64,000 nucleotides of DNA from an uncultured delta proteobacterium (GCA_963716725.1 CAVQUB010000002.1:160001-224000), one strand, 5' to 3'. Shown: positions 1 to 10,241, counted from the first letter of the stretch. Program-made: numbers and translations. The notes: generated from the letters alone by a model not told the origin.

Positions 1-3000
1 CGAACTTCTTGGTGATCTCCTGGTCGAGCATCGTGTACTCGCCCTGAGCCGCCATGCTGGCCTCCGGCGATCCGATGGCGCTGTTCTTGCCATCCTTCGC
101 CGGCGCTACCTTCTTGTAGGCGTCGAAGGCGTCCATGGTGGCCTTCCACCATTTGTTGGTGTCGCCCGCATCCGAAGCCGACTTGGTCTTCGCGACGTTG
201 TAGGCGGCGTGAACCACGAACTGCGCCGCCTCGGGCTTCTTCCGATTGGCGTCGTAGTAGTTCATCATCGAGTTTTGCGCGTTCTTGCGCGCAGTGGCGT
301 TGGCCCCGGTGTCCGGGCTGTACTCGTCCCACTTCTTCAGATCGCTGGAGGCGATGATGTAGTCGACCTCCGCGGTCTCCTTGGGTGACGCACCCAGGTT
401 CTTGAAGCGGTCGCGAGCCTTCTGCATCGCCGACTGATCGCCCAGGCTCGAGTAGAGCGAGAGCGCCTGGCGTGCCGACTCGCGCCGAGCCGTGGGCTGA
501 AAGTGCTCGATGCTGCTGATCTTGTCGAAGGTCTGCGCGGCCTTCGGGTAGTCGAAGAACAGAACGTAGGAGCCTGCGAGGGCGTCGTAGGCGTCCTTCA
601 GGAACTTCACGCGCTCTTCGTACTTCTTGGGCTCCGCGAGCACTGGCGGCTTGGCCTTGGTGTCGCCGTTCTTCAGCCGCGCCAGCATGGTGTCGCTGCC
701 GTACTTCGAGATGAACAGCTCGTACATCTCGATGGCCTTGTCGTACTCACCGACCTGCTTGTAGGCGTAGGCGCCGTTCATCGCGGCTTCCGGCGCCTCG
801 TCGCGGCCGGGGGCGGCGTCGAGCGCCGTCTTGTAGGCTACGGCGGCGGCGCGCCAGGTCTTCTGCCGCTCGGGGCCGTCCGGCATGGCCCGCGCCTTGT
901 CGAACAGCTCGGCGGCGTCTTTGTAGGCGAGTCCCTGGCGAATGGGGTTGCGCTTGTCCTCTTCCGCCTTCTTGGTCTCTTCGCTGTAGGCGCAGCTCTT
1001 GCCCTCGGTCAGCTTCTTGCTGGCGGGGTTGTCGCGTTCGAGGAGCGCCATGCTCATCAGCTTGTCCCAGGATTTGTAGCCCCACTCGTTCTTGCCGCAG
1101 TGCTGGTCGTACATGGCCTGGTAGCGCGGCTTCGCTCCCGCGAAGTCGCCGTACACGAAGAAGTACTCGGCGTTCTGGAAGGCGTAGAGCAGACCGTTCT
1201 GCTTCGCATCGCGGTCGAGCGGAACCCTCGCGTTGTACTCGTCACGAGCCTTCACTGCGTCGAGCACCTGGGTCGGCAGCGGGTCTTTGATCACCGTTCG
1301 GGTGTTCGGATCCTCGCCGTTGAAGCGCACTTCGTCGCGCTTGGCCAACCCCTGAGCGCCCTTGGAGTCCTCATGCTTCCGATACTCGTCCTCGAGGACT
1401 TTCTCCGCGATGGTGACCACGTAGTAGCCGGCGGGCTGGAGGTACTTGTCGTCTTCGTTCGAGTCCCGGACGGCGACGGCGGCCTCGCGCGCTCTCTGGA
1501 CCTCGGTGGGGGACGGCGAGCGATTGATGGCGACCTGGAGGACGACCACCCAGTAGCGCGCGTCGGCCAGCCAGAACTTGCTCTCGTAAGCGTCGAGCGC
1601 GTTGGGATCTTGGTTCAGGTAGCCGCCCCACCCGGTCTCCGCCATCCGGTACTCGTCGACGGCTTTCTCGATCTGCGCCTTTTGCTCGGCGGGATTCGTG
1701 AGCTCGAGGGCGCGGTTGTAGAAGATACGGCCGGCGTTGGTGTGATCGGCCGCGGCGCGGCGCAGCCCGCCCTTGACGAGCTGCTCGGCCTGGGCGAGCG
1801 CCTCCGGATCGTCGCGGTTGGCGTCCGTCCAGGGCGTCGCGCCGACGTAAGCGGCGAGCTTGGTGCGGGCCTCGAGGGCCTTGGAGGCAGCCTCGGCCTT
1901 GGCCGGCGAACCCTCGGGCGCGAGCCGGGTGAGCTGGTCGTAGAGGTCGGCGACGCGGTTTTGCATGACCGGCGCGTCGCGATCCATCGGGAACTTCTTG
2001 AGCGTGATCTCCAGGGTCGCGATGGCGTTCCGGTTCTGGGTGATCTCGATGTATTCCTGGGCCAGCGCCTTGTAGATCTCGACGCTCCACTTTTTGTCTT
2101 GGGGGATCAGCGCCGGGTCTTGCACTCGCTGGATGCCGATCGCCATCTTCTCTTCGGCGATCAGCGGGTTCGGCTCGGTGTCGAGCACGTCGTTGCGGGG
2201 GATGTACGGGTTGTCGCCCGGGGGCCCCTCGAAATCGACGTAGGTGAGCGAGCCGGCGATGTAGGTGAACGCCTCTTGCCGGAAGTCAGCCCCCGGATCT
2301 CCGGTCTTGGCCTCGAGCTCGTCGGCGTGGTGCAGCAGCTTGACGAATTCGTCGACGGCGGTCTTGTAGCGCTGCTGCTTGAAGTAGGTCCAGGCCTGCT
2401 TGTACATCGACACGCCGTAGACCGGCGGCTTCTTGAACTGCATCGAGTGCTGGTAGGCACTGACGGCGCGATTCAAATTGTAGGGGCCGCCCTTGGGGTC
2501 GATCTGGTCGAAGTGGTTGTTGCCGATCTGCCACCAGATTTCGGCCATGTACCGCGGGTCCTCGCCGGGACGCAGATCTTGGGGCAAGGCCTTGCAGTCG
2601 AGCGGGTACGGGTCGCGGAACGTCAGCTCTTCCTCCGCGGTTCCCACGGGCGCGCCCTTGGCCTTGCCCTTGGCTACGGGCTTGGGCGCGGGCTTCTTGG
2701 CGGCTTTGCCCAGCGCGCCGCCGTCGAGGGGGACCGGATGTTTGTTCATCCAGTCGGTCCAGAACTTGTCGTCATGGTCTTGTTCGAGAGGCTGCAGCTC
2801 GATCTTGCCCGCGTCCTTCTTGTCCGGCTTGACCTGATAGCGGTTGTTGCAGACGAGCGCGCGCCAGGCCTGCTGACCTTCATCGAGTTTGGCGGAGTCG
2901 GTGTAGGCGTGCCCGAGGAAGTAGTGGACGGCCGCCATCTCTTCGTACTGCGGGTACTCGTCGATGATGCGGCGGTAGAGCGTGATGGCGGGCTCGAGCC

Positions 3001-3595
3001 CGGCCGACAGATCGCCTTCTTGCGCCTCCCTCGCGCGCTCTTCGTAGAGCGCGGCGAGTCGGAACATGCCGTCCGGCGTGGCCGACGGGTGCGCGTTTTC
3101 TCCGCTGTACAGCGCGATGAACGCCTCGAGGCGCTTGATGGCCTCGGCGCGCGCCTCTCGCAGGCCCTTCTTCTCGATGCCGATCTCGCGATCGAGGGTG
3201 TTCAGGATCCGCCGGCGGCGCTCTTCGTAGTGGTGGCGCACGATCATGGTGAGCGTGTCGCGGAACTCCTTGGCGCCCTTCTCGTACTCCTTGGCCTCTT
3301 GCTTCAGGACCTCGTAGGCCTTGAGTTGCCCCGCGCTGGGGGGAGCCGCGGGGGGCGCGCCCTTCTTGATCCGAATGTCCGGCGCCGTCGCGCCGGGGGT
3401 GGTCGGCGTCGCGGCGGCCGCGGAGGCCGCCGGCAACGCGCCGGCGCTGGGCGTGGCGGACGCAGAGGGCGCCGCCGAGCCTGCGGGAGGCGCGGCGGGC
3501 GGGGCGGCGGGCTGGGTGGCGGCCACCGAGGGAATGACCAGGGTCCCGGCCATCGCGCCGAGCAGGAGCCAGTTCCGAGGAGCGCGGCGGATCAC
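1..3595 (-). CDS. Large secreted TPR-repeat protein, GltD/AgmU-like; 3' end runs off the window
   Basis: Absent from the ORF track because it has no stop in the window. GTG at 3595 overlaps the upstream stop (GTGA). Reads MIRRAPRNWLLLGAMAGTLVIPSVAA (signal peptide), a Pro/Ala linker, then TPR-like helices (PDGMFRLAALYEE, AAVHYFLGHAY). The long + strand ORF 503-3907 is its antisense shadow. Confidence 0.8.
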   Translation of the reverse strand, partial: MIRRAPRNWLLLGAMAGTLVIPSVAATQPAAPPAAPPAGSAAPSASATPSAGALPAASAAAATPTTPGATAPDIRIKKGAPPAAPPSAGQLKAYEVLKQEAKEYEKGAKEFRDTLTMIVRHHYEERRRRILNTLDREIGIEKKGLREARAEAIKRLEAFIALYSGENAHPSATPDGMFRLAALYEERAREAQEGDLSAGLEPAITLYRRIIDEYPQYEEMAAVHYFLGHAYTDSAKLDEGQQAWRALVCNNRYQVKPDKKDAGKIELQPLEQDHDDKFWTDWMNKHPVPLDGGALGKAAKKPAPKPVAKGKAKGAPVGTAEEELTFRDPYPLDCKALPQDLRPGEDPRYMAEIWWQIGNNHFDQIDPKGGPYNLNRAVSAYQHSMQFKKPPVYGVSMYKQAWTYFKQQRYKTAVDEFVKLLHHADELEAKTGDPGADFRQEAFTYIAGSLTYVDFEGPPGDNPYIPRNDVLDTEPNPLIAEEKMAIGIQRVQDPALIPQDKKWSVEIYKALAQEYIEITQNRNAIATLEITLKKFPMDRDAPVMQNRVADLYDQLTRLAPEGSPAKAEAASKALEARTKLAAYVGATPWTDANRDDPEALAQAEQLVKGGLRRAAADHTNAGRIFYNRALELTNPAEQKAQIEKAVDEYRMAETGWGGYLNQDPNALDAYESKFWLADARYWVVVLQVAINRSPSPTEVQRAREAAVAVRDSNEDDKYLQPAGYYVVTIAEKVLEDEYRKHEDSKGAQGLAKRDEVRFNGEDPNTRTVIKDPLPTQVLDAVKARDEYNARVPLDRDAKQNGLLYAFQNAEYFFVYGDFAGAKPRYQAMYDQHCGKNEWGYKSWDKLMSMALLERDNPASKKLTEGKSCAYSEETKKAEEDKRNPIRQGLAYKDAAELFDKARAMPDGPERQKTWRAAAVAYKTALDAAPGRDEAPEAAMNGAYAYKQVGEYDKAIEMYELFISKYGSDTMLARLKNGDTKAKPPVLAEPKKYEERVKFLKDAYDALAGSYVLFFDYPKAAQTFDKISSIEHFQPTARRESARQALSLYSSLGDQSAMQKARDRFKNLGASPKETAEVDYIIASSDLKKWDEYSPDTGANATARKNAQNSMMNYYDANRKKPEAAQFVVHAAYNVAKTKSASDAGDTNKWWKATMDAFDAYKKVAPAKDGKNSAIGSPEASMAAQGEYTMLDQEITKKF

Positions 3596-6054
3596 AGCTC
3601 ACCTCCGGCGTCGTCGAGCACTTCTCTCAACTCGTCATTGAGGTTCTGCTCTTCGCGCGCGCGCTCCCGTTGCAGATTTCGGACACGCATCAGCTGCTCT
3701 TCTCGCACTTCCCAGGCATGTTGGACGATGCCGACGTCCGCTCGAAGCACGATGCTCTTGAGCCGGTCGCGCACCAGGGCGAAATTCTTCATGGCGAGCT
3801 CACCCACGAGCAGCCGAGCCTGCTCGTCGAGCTCGTCGAGGTTGGCCGCGAACTTTTCGAGGGCGGCGGCCTCTTTGTCGACCTGCTCGCGCAGGGTCTG
3901 GGCCTGAACGTCGGCCTCGCGTTCGAGCCTGGCTTTGGTCTTCTCCAGGGTGTCGTCGACGGTGTCGGCCCGACGCAGGATTGGCCTGATCTGCCGGGCG
4001 TAGTCGGCCGCCCCAGAATCGCCGCCGGCAGCGACCAGCTCCACCTCGCGATTGAAGACCTCGCGGAAGCGTCGCCGAACCCGATCGTCCTCGACATAGC
4101 GCTGATCGCCGAAGCCGACCTGCACGCGACCCATCTCCACGACCTCGCGGTACTCCGTGATTCGCTTCTTGTAGGCCGCGAGGTCTCGCTCGTTCGCGGC
4201 GATCTCGGCCTGGAAGCGCTGGCGGCTCGTGGGGTCGCTGGTGACACCGAATTTGTCGGCGTCCTTCAGCACGCGCTTGAGACCGTTCACGATGGCGTGC
4301 AGCTTGTCCGACTCGAGCTCGAGTTGCTGCAGCCGCTGGCTGACCGTGTTCCACTGCTTCTCGCCGGAGGACTCACGTCTCGCGAAGTCACCCGAGCTCA
4401 CGGGCAGCTGCTCCATGCGCCGCATCAACGCGCGGCGTTCGGCGCGCACCTTCTCGAGCTCGCCGCTGACGCTGCCGGCCTCGTCGTCCATGCCCGCCGC
4501 CAAGGTCCGCCGCGCTTGTCCGGACTTGTTGAGCAAGCCGAGCGCTTGCTCCATCGCCGCGACAAGCTCCGGAAATGCCCGCATGCGGGTGCCCGCGCCG
4601 AGCACCGCGTTGAGCTTCGTCACCAGGCGTTTGGACTTGCGGATCAGGTCGCGGGAAGCAGTGACGTCGTCGATGACGCCGAAGGCGCGATCGTTCTCCG
4701 CCTCTTCTCGCGCCCACTGGATCACGACCGGCGACAGGCCGCCCTTTTCGGTGCCGAGCTGCTCTCCCACGAGCTTGTCGTAATAAGCGGCGGGATCTTG
4801 AGTATCGGCGAGGAAGGTCGCGACCTGCTCGCGGATGGGGTCGAAGCGGCTGCGCACGCTCTTGTAGAGAGTGAGTGCCTTGTCGAACTGCCCGGAGCGA
4901 AGCATCAGGTCGGCACGCAGCAGCGAACCGTCGGCGAACCTCAGGTTCTCGGGATCGGTCACGGTCAAGACTTCGAGCGCGCGCTGCGCGCGCTGGTAGT
5001 CGCCGAGTCGAACGTAGACCCACGCGAGCTCGTAGAGCATGCCCGAGAACTCGGGGCTCTTGCGATCGACGTGGCTGTAGGCGTCGGCAGCGTCGAGGAA
5101 GTTGTCGGTCTCGTAGAACAACCGCCCCACTGCCATCCAGGCCAAGTCGATCACGTGGCGCTGCGCGTCAGTCTCGGCCTTCATGCGGGTCACGCGGCGG
5201 AACTGCTCGATGGCCGCGGCGTAGCGCGCGGTGGGCACCGCCTCCACCGTGCCCTTGGTGACGATGCTGGCCGTCTCTTTGTCGACCTTCTCGGTCGCCT
5301 CGTCGACCACGGGCGTGGCCTGTTTCACGAGGATGACGCCCAGAAGGTACTGAGCCTGCAGACCCCAGGCGCCGGTGGTGGACACGTTGCCGATGGACGC
5401 CTTCGCTCCGTCGTAGTCCTTCTTTGCAAAAAGCGCCTTGCCACGGGCGTAGGGCAGGGAACCGGTGCTGTCCGAGGTGGGGAGTGAGGACAGCTTCGCA
5501 AAGACCTCGTCCAGGATCTCGAAGTTCTGCGTGCGCAGGGACACGTCCACCAGGCGGCCGACGGCGCGCCCGGCGTAGCTGTCGAAGGGACTCACCGAGG
5601 CCTTCTCGAGGATCTCGCGGTAGGCGCGGCGAGCCGAGAGGAACTGCTTGGTCTGAAAGTAGCATTCGCCGAGATAAAAGAGCGCGTCCGCCTGAGACGC
5701 CGAGTCGGCGCGACCCTGCCGACCGAGCTCGACGACCTGGGAGAACACCTCGATGGCCCGAGCGTAGTCCTTGTTGCGGAAGAGGATGTCGCCCGCGGCG
5801 ATGCGCTGCGCCGGTGTCAGCTTCTGTTTGGTCGCTCGCGCGGCGGCCTTCTGCACGTTTCCGAGGCCGCCCTCGACGCCGGCGATGGCCGATTCGGCGT
5901 TCGCTCGGGCCTCTGCGGCGCTCACGGCATTCGCTGGCGCCGTGAACGCGAGGCCCACCAGGGCTGCTCCCAGAGCGATGAAGCGGGGCGAGCCGGCGCC
6001 CAGCAAGGAGAGCCAGCCGGCGCGCGGCGAAGCTCCGAGTCCGATCTGCATCAC
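3592..6054 (-). CDS. Secreted TPR/coiled-coil protein, GltC-like
   Basis: Signal peptide, TPR motifs (ALFYLGECYF, LAWMAVGRLFYE, MLYELAWVYV) and a coiled-coil C-terminus; translationally coupled to both neighbours. Confidence 0.8.
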   Translation of the reverse strand: MMQIGLGASPRAGWLSLLGAGSPRFIALGAALVGLAFTAPANAVSAAEARANAESAIAGVEGGLGNVQKAAARATKQKLTPAQRIAAGDILFRNKDYARAIEVFSQVVELGRQGRADSASQADALFYLGECYFQTKQFLSARRAYREILEKASVSPFDSYAGRAVGRLVDVSLRTQNFEILDEVFAKLSSLPTSDSTGSLPYARGKALFAKKDYDGAKASIGNVSTTGAWGLQAQYLLGVILVKQATPVVDEATEKVDKETASIVTKGTVEAVPTARYAAAIEQFRRVTRMKAETDAQRHVIDLAWMAVGRLFYETDNFLDAADAYSHVDRKSPEFSGMLYELAWVYVRLGDYQRAQRALEVLTVTDPENLRFADGSLLRADLMLRSGQFDKALTLYKSVRSRFDPIREQVATFLADTQDPAAYYDKLVGEQLGTEKGGLSPVVIQWAREEAENDRAFGVIDDVTASRDLIRKSKRLVTKLNAVLGAGTRMRAFPELVAAMEQALGLLNKSGQARRTLAAGMDDEAGSVSGELEKVRAERRALMRRMEQLPVSSGDFARRESSGEKQWNTVSQRLQQLELESDKLHAIVNGLKRVLKDADKFGVTSDPTSRQRFQAEIAANERDLAAYKKRITEYREVVEMGRVQVGFGDQRYVEDDRVRRRFREVFNREVELVAAGGDSGAADYARQIRPILRRADTVDDTLEKTKARLEREADVQAQTLREQVDKEAAALEKFAANLDELDEQARLLVGELAMKNFALVRDRLKSIVLRADVGIVQHAWEVREEQLMRVRNLQRERAREEQNLNDELREVLDDAGGEL

Positions 6055-6959
6055 TTCCCCCCGGAGCCGAACGAGAACGAGCCGGACAGCCCGGACTTCT
6101 GATTGCTGCCGCTACCCGACGAGCCCGAAGAACCGCCGCCCGTCCGAACCTTCTCGACGAAGCGCACCGCGGGACGCTGCTCCACTGGAGTGGTCACGCC
6201 GCCTTTCTCGTAGGAGATGGCCTCGAGCTCCATGGTCTTGCCTTCGGTGACGGTGAACGAGTGCGACGACTTCACCTCGAAGCGGTAGCCGCGCAGGTAG
6301 GAGAAAACCCCGTAGCCGTGCCCTTGGAACTGCAGCAATACCTGCAGCGTGTGGTCCCCCGGCGGGACCGAGCCGGCGAAGATCGGGATCTCTTTTTGCG
6401 CCGCCAATGCGCCAGTGTCGTCCTGCTTGTTGTACTGAACGGCGCCGTCGAGCACGAAGAGCGCGCGGTTGAGTCGGAAGACGCTACTCATGTCGTTGGA
6501 GTATTTGATCTCCGCACGGGCGCCGCCCACCCCGCCGGACAGGATCGTCTCGCTGAGCAGGCTCAGGCGAGTGTGGCTGCGTCGGATTTGCTCCTTGAGC
6601 TCGTCGACGCGCGCCTCGAGCTCGCGCAAGCGAACTTGGTAGGTCGGGCCGTCCATCTGGCCGCTGGGCGTGGTCGGAGTTGCCTTGGGGTCCGCGGCGG
6701 CGTCCGGCTTCTTCTCTGGTTCCGCCGGCTTGGCGACATCCGCGGGCTTGGCAGCCTCCGCGGGCTTGGCGACCTCCGCGGGCTTGGCAGCCTCCTTCTT
6801 GGGATCCGCCTTTCCCTCGTCCGCCTTCTTCGGATCCGCCTTGTCGGCGGGCTTCGTGTCGGCGCCAGCCGCGGGGGCGGCGGTGCCCTGAGCCGCGGCC
6901 GGGGAAGCGAACGTCAGCGCCGCGATCAGCGGCAGCGCAAATGCCTTCAAGAGTTGCAT
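6051..6959 (-). CDS. Secreted hypothetical protein (AKPA-repeat linker, coiled coil, beta-rich domain)
   Basis: Signal peptide MQLLKAFALPLIAALTFASPAAA; AKPAE repeats; RLRELEARVDELKEQI coil; RBS-like GAGGGA upstream. Confidence 0.8.
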   Translation of the reverse strand: MQLLKAFALPLIAALTFASPAAAQGTAAPAAGADTKPADKADPKKADEGKADPKKEAAKPAEVAKPAEAAKPADVAKPAEPEKKPDAAADPKATPTTPSGQMDGPTYQVRLRELEARVDELKEQIRRSHTRLSLLSETILSGGVGGARAEIKYSNDMSSVFRLNRALFVLDGAVQYNKQDDTGALAAQKEIPIFAGSVPPGDHTLQVLLQFQGHGYGVFSYLRGYRFEVKSSHSFTVTEGKTMELEAISYEKGGVTTPVEQRPAVRFVEKVRTGGGSSGSSGSGSNQKSGLSGSFSFGSGGK

Positions 6960-7362
6960 CGGTGTCCCTCTGTCGAGTGGTGAGACGGCAGGTGAGGCCT
7001 GTTCGGATCAACGTCGCTGTCCATCAGTGGACACAGTTCGGCGAGGCCCTCGAGGCTCCACCCCGGCTCGGCGGTAACGCCCTCTTATGTTCGGGATCCG
7101 GCTGGGGTGCAACAGTCCCGGCACTTCGACCGCGGGGGCCGGGGCCCCCGGGCCGCCTGGCCTTCGGCCGGACGCTGGCGCCGCGGCGCGCCCCGCGCCG
7201 GACCGGGCCTTGCGGCGGCGCGCTTCGGGGAGTTAGAGCTTCTGCGAAGTGATGCAAGAATGCCGGGCCTCCGGCGTTTCGAGCCGCCGAAGATCGAATC
7301 TCGTGCTGGCACGTCCGACAAATCCAAGGGTCCCGGAGTGTTTCCGAGAACCGTCAGGAACA

Positions 7363-7386
7363 GAACCAACAACGTGGGCGCTCGTC
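7363..7386 (+). promoter_or_regulatory. Candidate ECF-type promoter (GAAC-N16-CGTC) upstream of the ECF sigma gene
   Basis: GAAC 7363-7366, 16-nt spacer, CGTC 7383-7386, ending 27 nt before the ATG; fits the general ECF AAC/CGT pattern. Confidence 0.4.
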
Positions 7387-7413
7387 CATCACCTGCCCGG
7401 GCCGGGGTGACGG

Positions 7414-8034
7414 ATGGCGACTTTGCGGGGCGATGCAACGGACGAAATGCTCATGGTGCGCTACCAGCGAGGCGACCGTGAGGCGTTCGCGGAGCTCGTG
7501 AGGCGTCACAAGACGCCGATCTACAACTTCGTGCTGCGCCACGTTCGCCAAGGCAACACGGCCGAGGACGTCACTCAAGACGTGTTCTTGCGCGTCGTGC
7601 AGAGCGCCAGTGAATTCAAGCACGAGGCCCGGTTTTCCACCTGGCTCTACACCATCGCGCGCAACTTGTGCGTCGACCATCTACGCAAGCAGACCCACCG
7701 ACGGCACGCTTCCTTGGATCAACCCGTCACATCGAATGGAGAAGACTCACGGCCACTGGTCGATCACGTGGCGGACGCCCACCCCCGCGCCAGCGTCGAA
7801 CGCAGCGCAGTTGCAGGCGAGGTGGCGAGCCGCATCTTGGACGCAGTGGAGAAGCTCCCAGACGAACAACGCGAAGTGTTCTTGCTGCGCGAAGTGGCCA
7901 ACCTGCCCTTCAAGGAGATCGCCGAGGTCACCGGCGTCGGAGAGAACACAGTGAAGAGTCGGATGCGTTATGCGCTCGACCGACTCCAAGAAGCTCTGAG
8001 CGATTTCGAAGAGTACGCACGAGCCTTGAGATGA
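7414..8034 (+). CDS. ECF RNA polymerase sigma-70 factor
   Basis: Region 2 AEDVTQDVFLRV...FSTWLYTIARNLCVD; region 4 LPDEQREVFLLRE...EIAEVTGVGENTVKSRMRYA. Confidence 0.95.
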   Translation: MATLRGDATDEMLMVRYQRGDREAFAELVRRHKTPIYNFVLRHVRQGNTAEDVTQDVFLRVVQSASEFKHEARFSTWLYTIARNLCVDHLRKQTHRRHASLDQPVTSNGEDSRPLVDHVADAHPRASVERSAVAGEVASRILDAVEKLPDEQREVFLLREVANLPFKEIAEVTGVGENTVKSRMRYALDRLQEALSDFEEYARALR

Positions 8035-8061
8035 CCCGAGACTGAGCTGAAGGATAGACCC

Positions 8062-9180
8062 GTGGATTGCGAGAAGTTCGACCGAATCGTGCTCGACCTG
8101 CTCTACGACGAGCTGGACGAACTCACGAGCGCCGCGGCGGCGCGGCACACCGAGCACTGCGCCCGCTGCCGCAGCATCGGCTCGGGACTGCGGGCGACCC
8201 GGCAAATTGGGGAGCTTCCGCTGGTAGAACCGCCCTCGGGGCTCGAGCAGCGCATCCTCGCGGCCGAGCGCAACGCCCGGGCAGATTTCCCGTTGCGCCA
8301 GCGGCTCGGGCGCAGCATTTCGGTCATGGCCGGATACGCCATGCGACCGCAGTTGGCGATGGCGGCGCTCTTGCTCTTGATGATCGGCACGAGCCTGTTG
8401 TTCCTCCGAGCCAAGCCCGGTGCCAGAGAGAGCTTGCAGGTCACCGAACGCGGGATCCCCGAGAGCGAGAACGAGACGGTGACCCTGGTGCCCGTGCCGG
8501 CGAAGGCCCGCGCCGGAGAGCCGGCGAACGAAGGGCGCGCGAGCACCAGCGACCGCGATCTCCAACGCGAGCTGTCGCCCGGTGCGGACGAGGGCGAGCG
8601 CGGCTTCGCTGCCAGCCCACCTCCCGCCGCCGCGGCTGCCGCTCCGGAAGGCGCCGAAGAGCGGAAGGATGACCAGGCCTTTTCGTCGGGCCTCGCCGTC
8701 GACGGGGGGTCCGGCGACAACGAGTACGACCAAGCCATGGCGGACTACCGGGCCCGTCGCTACGGCGCCGCCCAGAAGAACTTCGACAACGTCGCGAACC
8801 GCGGCGGGGGCAACGCTCCCACCGCCGAGCTCTTCGCGGCCCAGTCGGTGCGCAACCAGGCGGGGTGCTCGGCAGCCACTTCGCGTTTCGAGTCCATCAA
8901 CAGCAAGCACCGCGGTACCGGCATCGGCAATGAAGCGCTCTGGCAAGCGGGCGACTGCTACCGAACGGCCGGCGATCCCGAGAACGCACGACGCGCGTAC
9001 AAGCAGCTGATCGGAGTTGCGGGCTACGACGGACGCGCCCAGCGCGCGCTGGCCTCGCTCGACGAAGAACCCGTGGCTGCGCGGCAGGAGGCCGCCAAGC
9101 CCAAGCCCGCCGCCAAGCCGGAGCCCCAAAAAGCCGCGCCCAAGGCCGGCAAGCCCCCGCCCAAACCGCCGGCCTACTGA
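8062..9180 (+). CDS. Zinc-binding (ZAS) transmembrane anti-sigma factor with periplasmic TPR domain
   Basis: N-terminal C...HTEHCARC (HxxxCxxC), one TM helix (LAMAALLLLMIGTSLLFL), C-terminal TPR-like EALWQAGDCYR; directly after the ECF gene. Confidence 0.85.
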   Translation: MDCEKFDRIVLDLLYDELDELTSAAAARHTEHCARCRSIGSGLRATRQIGELPLVEPPSGLEQRILAAERNARADFPLRQRLGRSISVMAGYAMRPQLAMAALLLLMIGTSLLFLRAKPGARESLQVTERGIPESENETVTLVPVPAKARAGEPANEGRASTSDRDLQRELSPGADEGERGFAASPPPAAAAAAPEGAEERKDDQAFSSGLAVDGGSGDNEYDQAMADYRARRYGAAQKNFDNVANRGGGNAPTAELFAAQSVRNQAGCSAATSRFESINSKHRGTGIGNEALWQAGDCYRTAGDPENARRAYKQLIGVAGYDGRAQRALASLDEEPVAARQEAAKPKPAAKPEPQKAAPKAGKPPPKPPAY

Positions 9181-9241
9181 CCGGGGCTCGGGCGCCGAGG
9201 CCGCGCCCCGGAGCAGGAGCCCCATCGGACGCCTGACTCGA

Positions 9242-9737
9242 CTAGTGCCGCCCGGCTGAAGTTCGAGTGGATTCGCCCCTGAGACCTGCGCTCATTTGGG
9301 CTCTCACAGGAAGGGCGGCAGAGCGGAAGGATTTGGGGTGGTCAGGCGTGAGCCTCCGCAGGCCATTTCTGAGCGCGGTCACGTTGAAGTTGACGAGCAG
9401 ACCGACGGGCAACCGCGAAAGGCGCAGATAGGTGATGACCTGCGCTTCGTGAATCGGGAGCAGCCGCTCGACCGCCTCGAGTTCCAGGAGGATACGATCT
9501 GGAAGCGACCAGGTCGAGGCGATAGGCGCAGTCAAGGTGTACGCCTTTGTAGCGGATTGGTAGCGGTCGCTGCCGCTCGAACTTGAGCCGTCGTTTGGAC
9601 AGCTCGGCAGATAGACAGGCCTCATATGCGGATTCCATCAGCCCTGGACCGAGATGCCGATGCACCTCGATCAGCGCACCGATCACCTCGTCCGTCCCAT
9701 CCCCAAATCTTCCGAGCTTTCGCCCTTCCTGTGCCAT
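9242..9737 (-). pseudogene. GxxExxY protein (PD-(D/E)xK-like nuclease family), frameshifted
   Basis: EVHRHLGPGLMESAYEACL...AYRLDLV in one frame; DRILLELEAVERLLPIHEAQVITYLRL...GLLVNFN in the next; one extra base near 9500-9504. Confidence 0.85.
9305..9733. repeat. Inverted repeat pair bracketing the GxxExxY gene (9305-9338 and 9701-9733)
   Basis: CACAGGAAGGGCGGCAGAGCGGAAGGATTTGGGG versus reverse complement CACAGGAAGGGCGAAAGCTCGGAAG-ATTTGGGG. Confidence 0.85.
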
Positions 9738-9789
9738 CCCCGTGTGGTCGGGCCTCACTCCGAAACAATTGCGGCTTTCTTCGCAGAAA

Positions 9790-10241
9790 GTGAGGGGATT
9801 TTTCTGGGTTCGGCCCACGACTTGGGGCGGTACGACCAGCGAAAGGGTCGGTCGGTCTGCAGATACCACGCGACGTACGCGTCGATCCTCGCCGCGAGGT
9901 CGTCGGTGCTTCTACTCGAGCCGCTACGGTGTCCGAGAGAGAGAGGGCGGCCGTCCCGAGCGCGGGGCGTCCGCCAGTCTCTCGCTAGGTGCCGCGCAGT
10001 CGAAGCGCTTGCGCCAGTCGTCCACCGTGCGCACGTGCACCCCGAGGAGCCGGGCGATGTCCGTCGCAGGCACTCCGTCCGCCATCATCAACACGGCCTG
10101 CGCCCGACGAACCAGCCGCTGCTCCGCCCTGGCGGGTCGCAACGCCTCCTCGATCCGCGCGCGCTCTTCAGCCCTCAGCGCGAGCGGAACCGTCGGACGA
10201 CCACCGTGCGCTCGACCCGCGAACGCGCTGTAGTCGATCAT
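9790..10241 (-). pseudogene. IS630 transposase remnant (HTH N-terminus and C-terminal tail; DDE core missing)
   Basis: ORF 9924-10241 has RRAQAVLMMADG...IARLLGVHVRTVDDWRKRF...DAPRSGRP; immediately after, another frame reads RSGSSRSTDDLAARIDAYVAWYLQTDRPFRWSY, typical of IS630 C-termini. Lower boundary is approximate. Confidence 0.8.

Noticed and set aside
503..3907. 1134-aa + strand ORF
   Set aside because: Antisense shadow of the minus-strand TPR gene; no recognisable motifs. The same applies to most overlapping ORFs in this GC-rich track.
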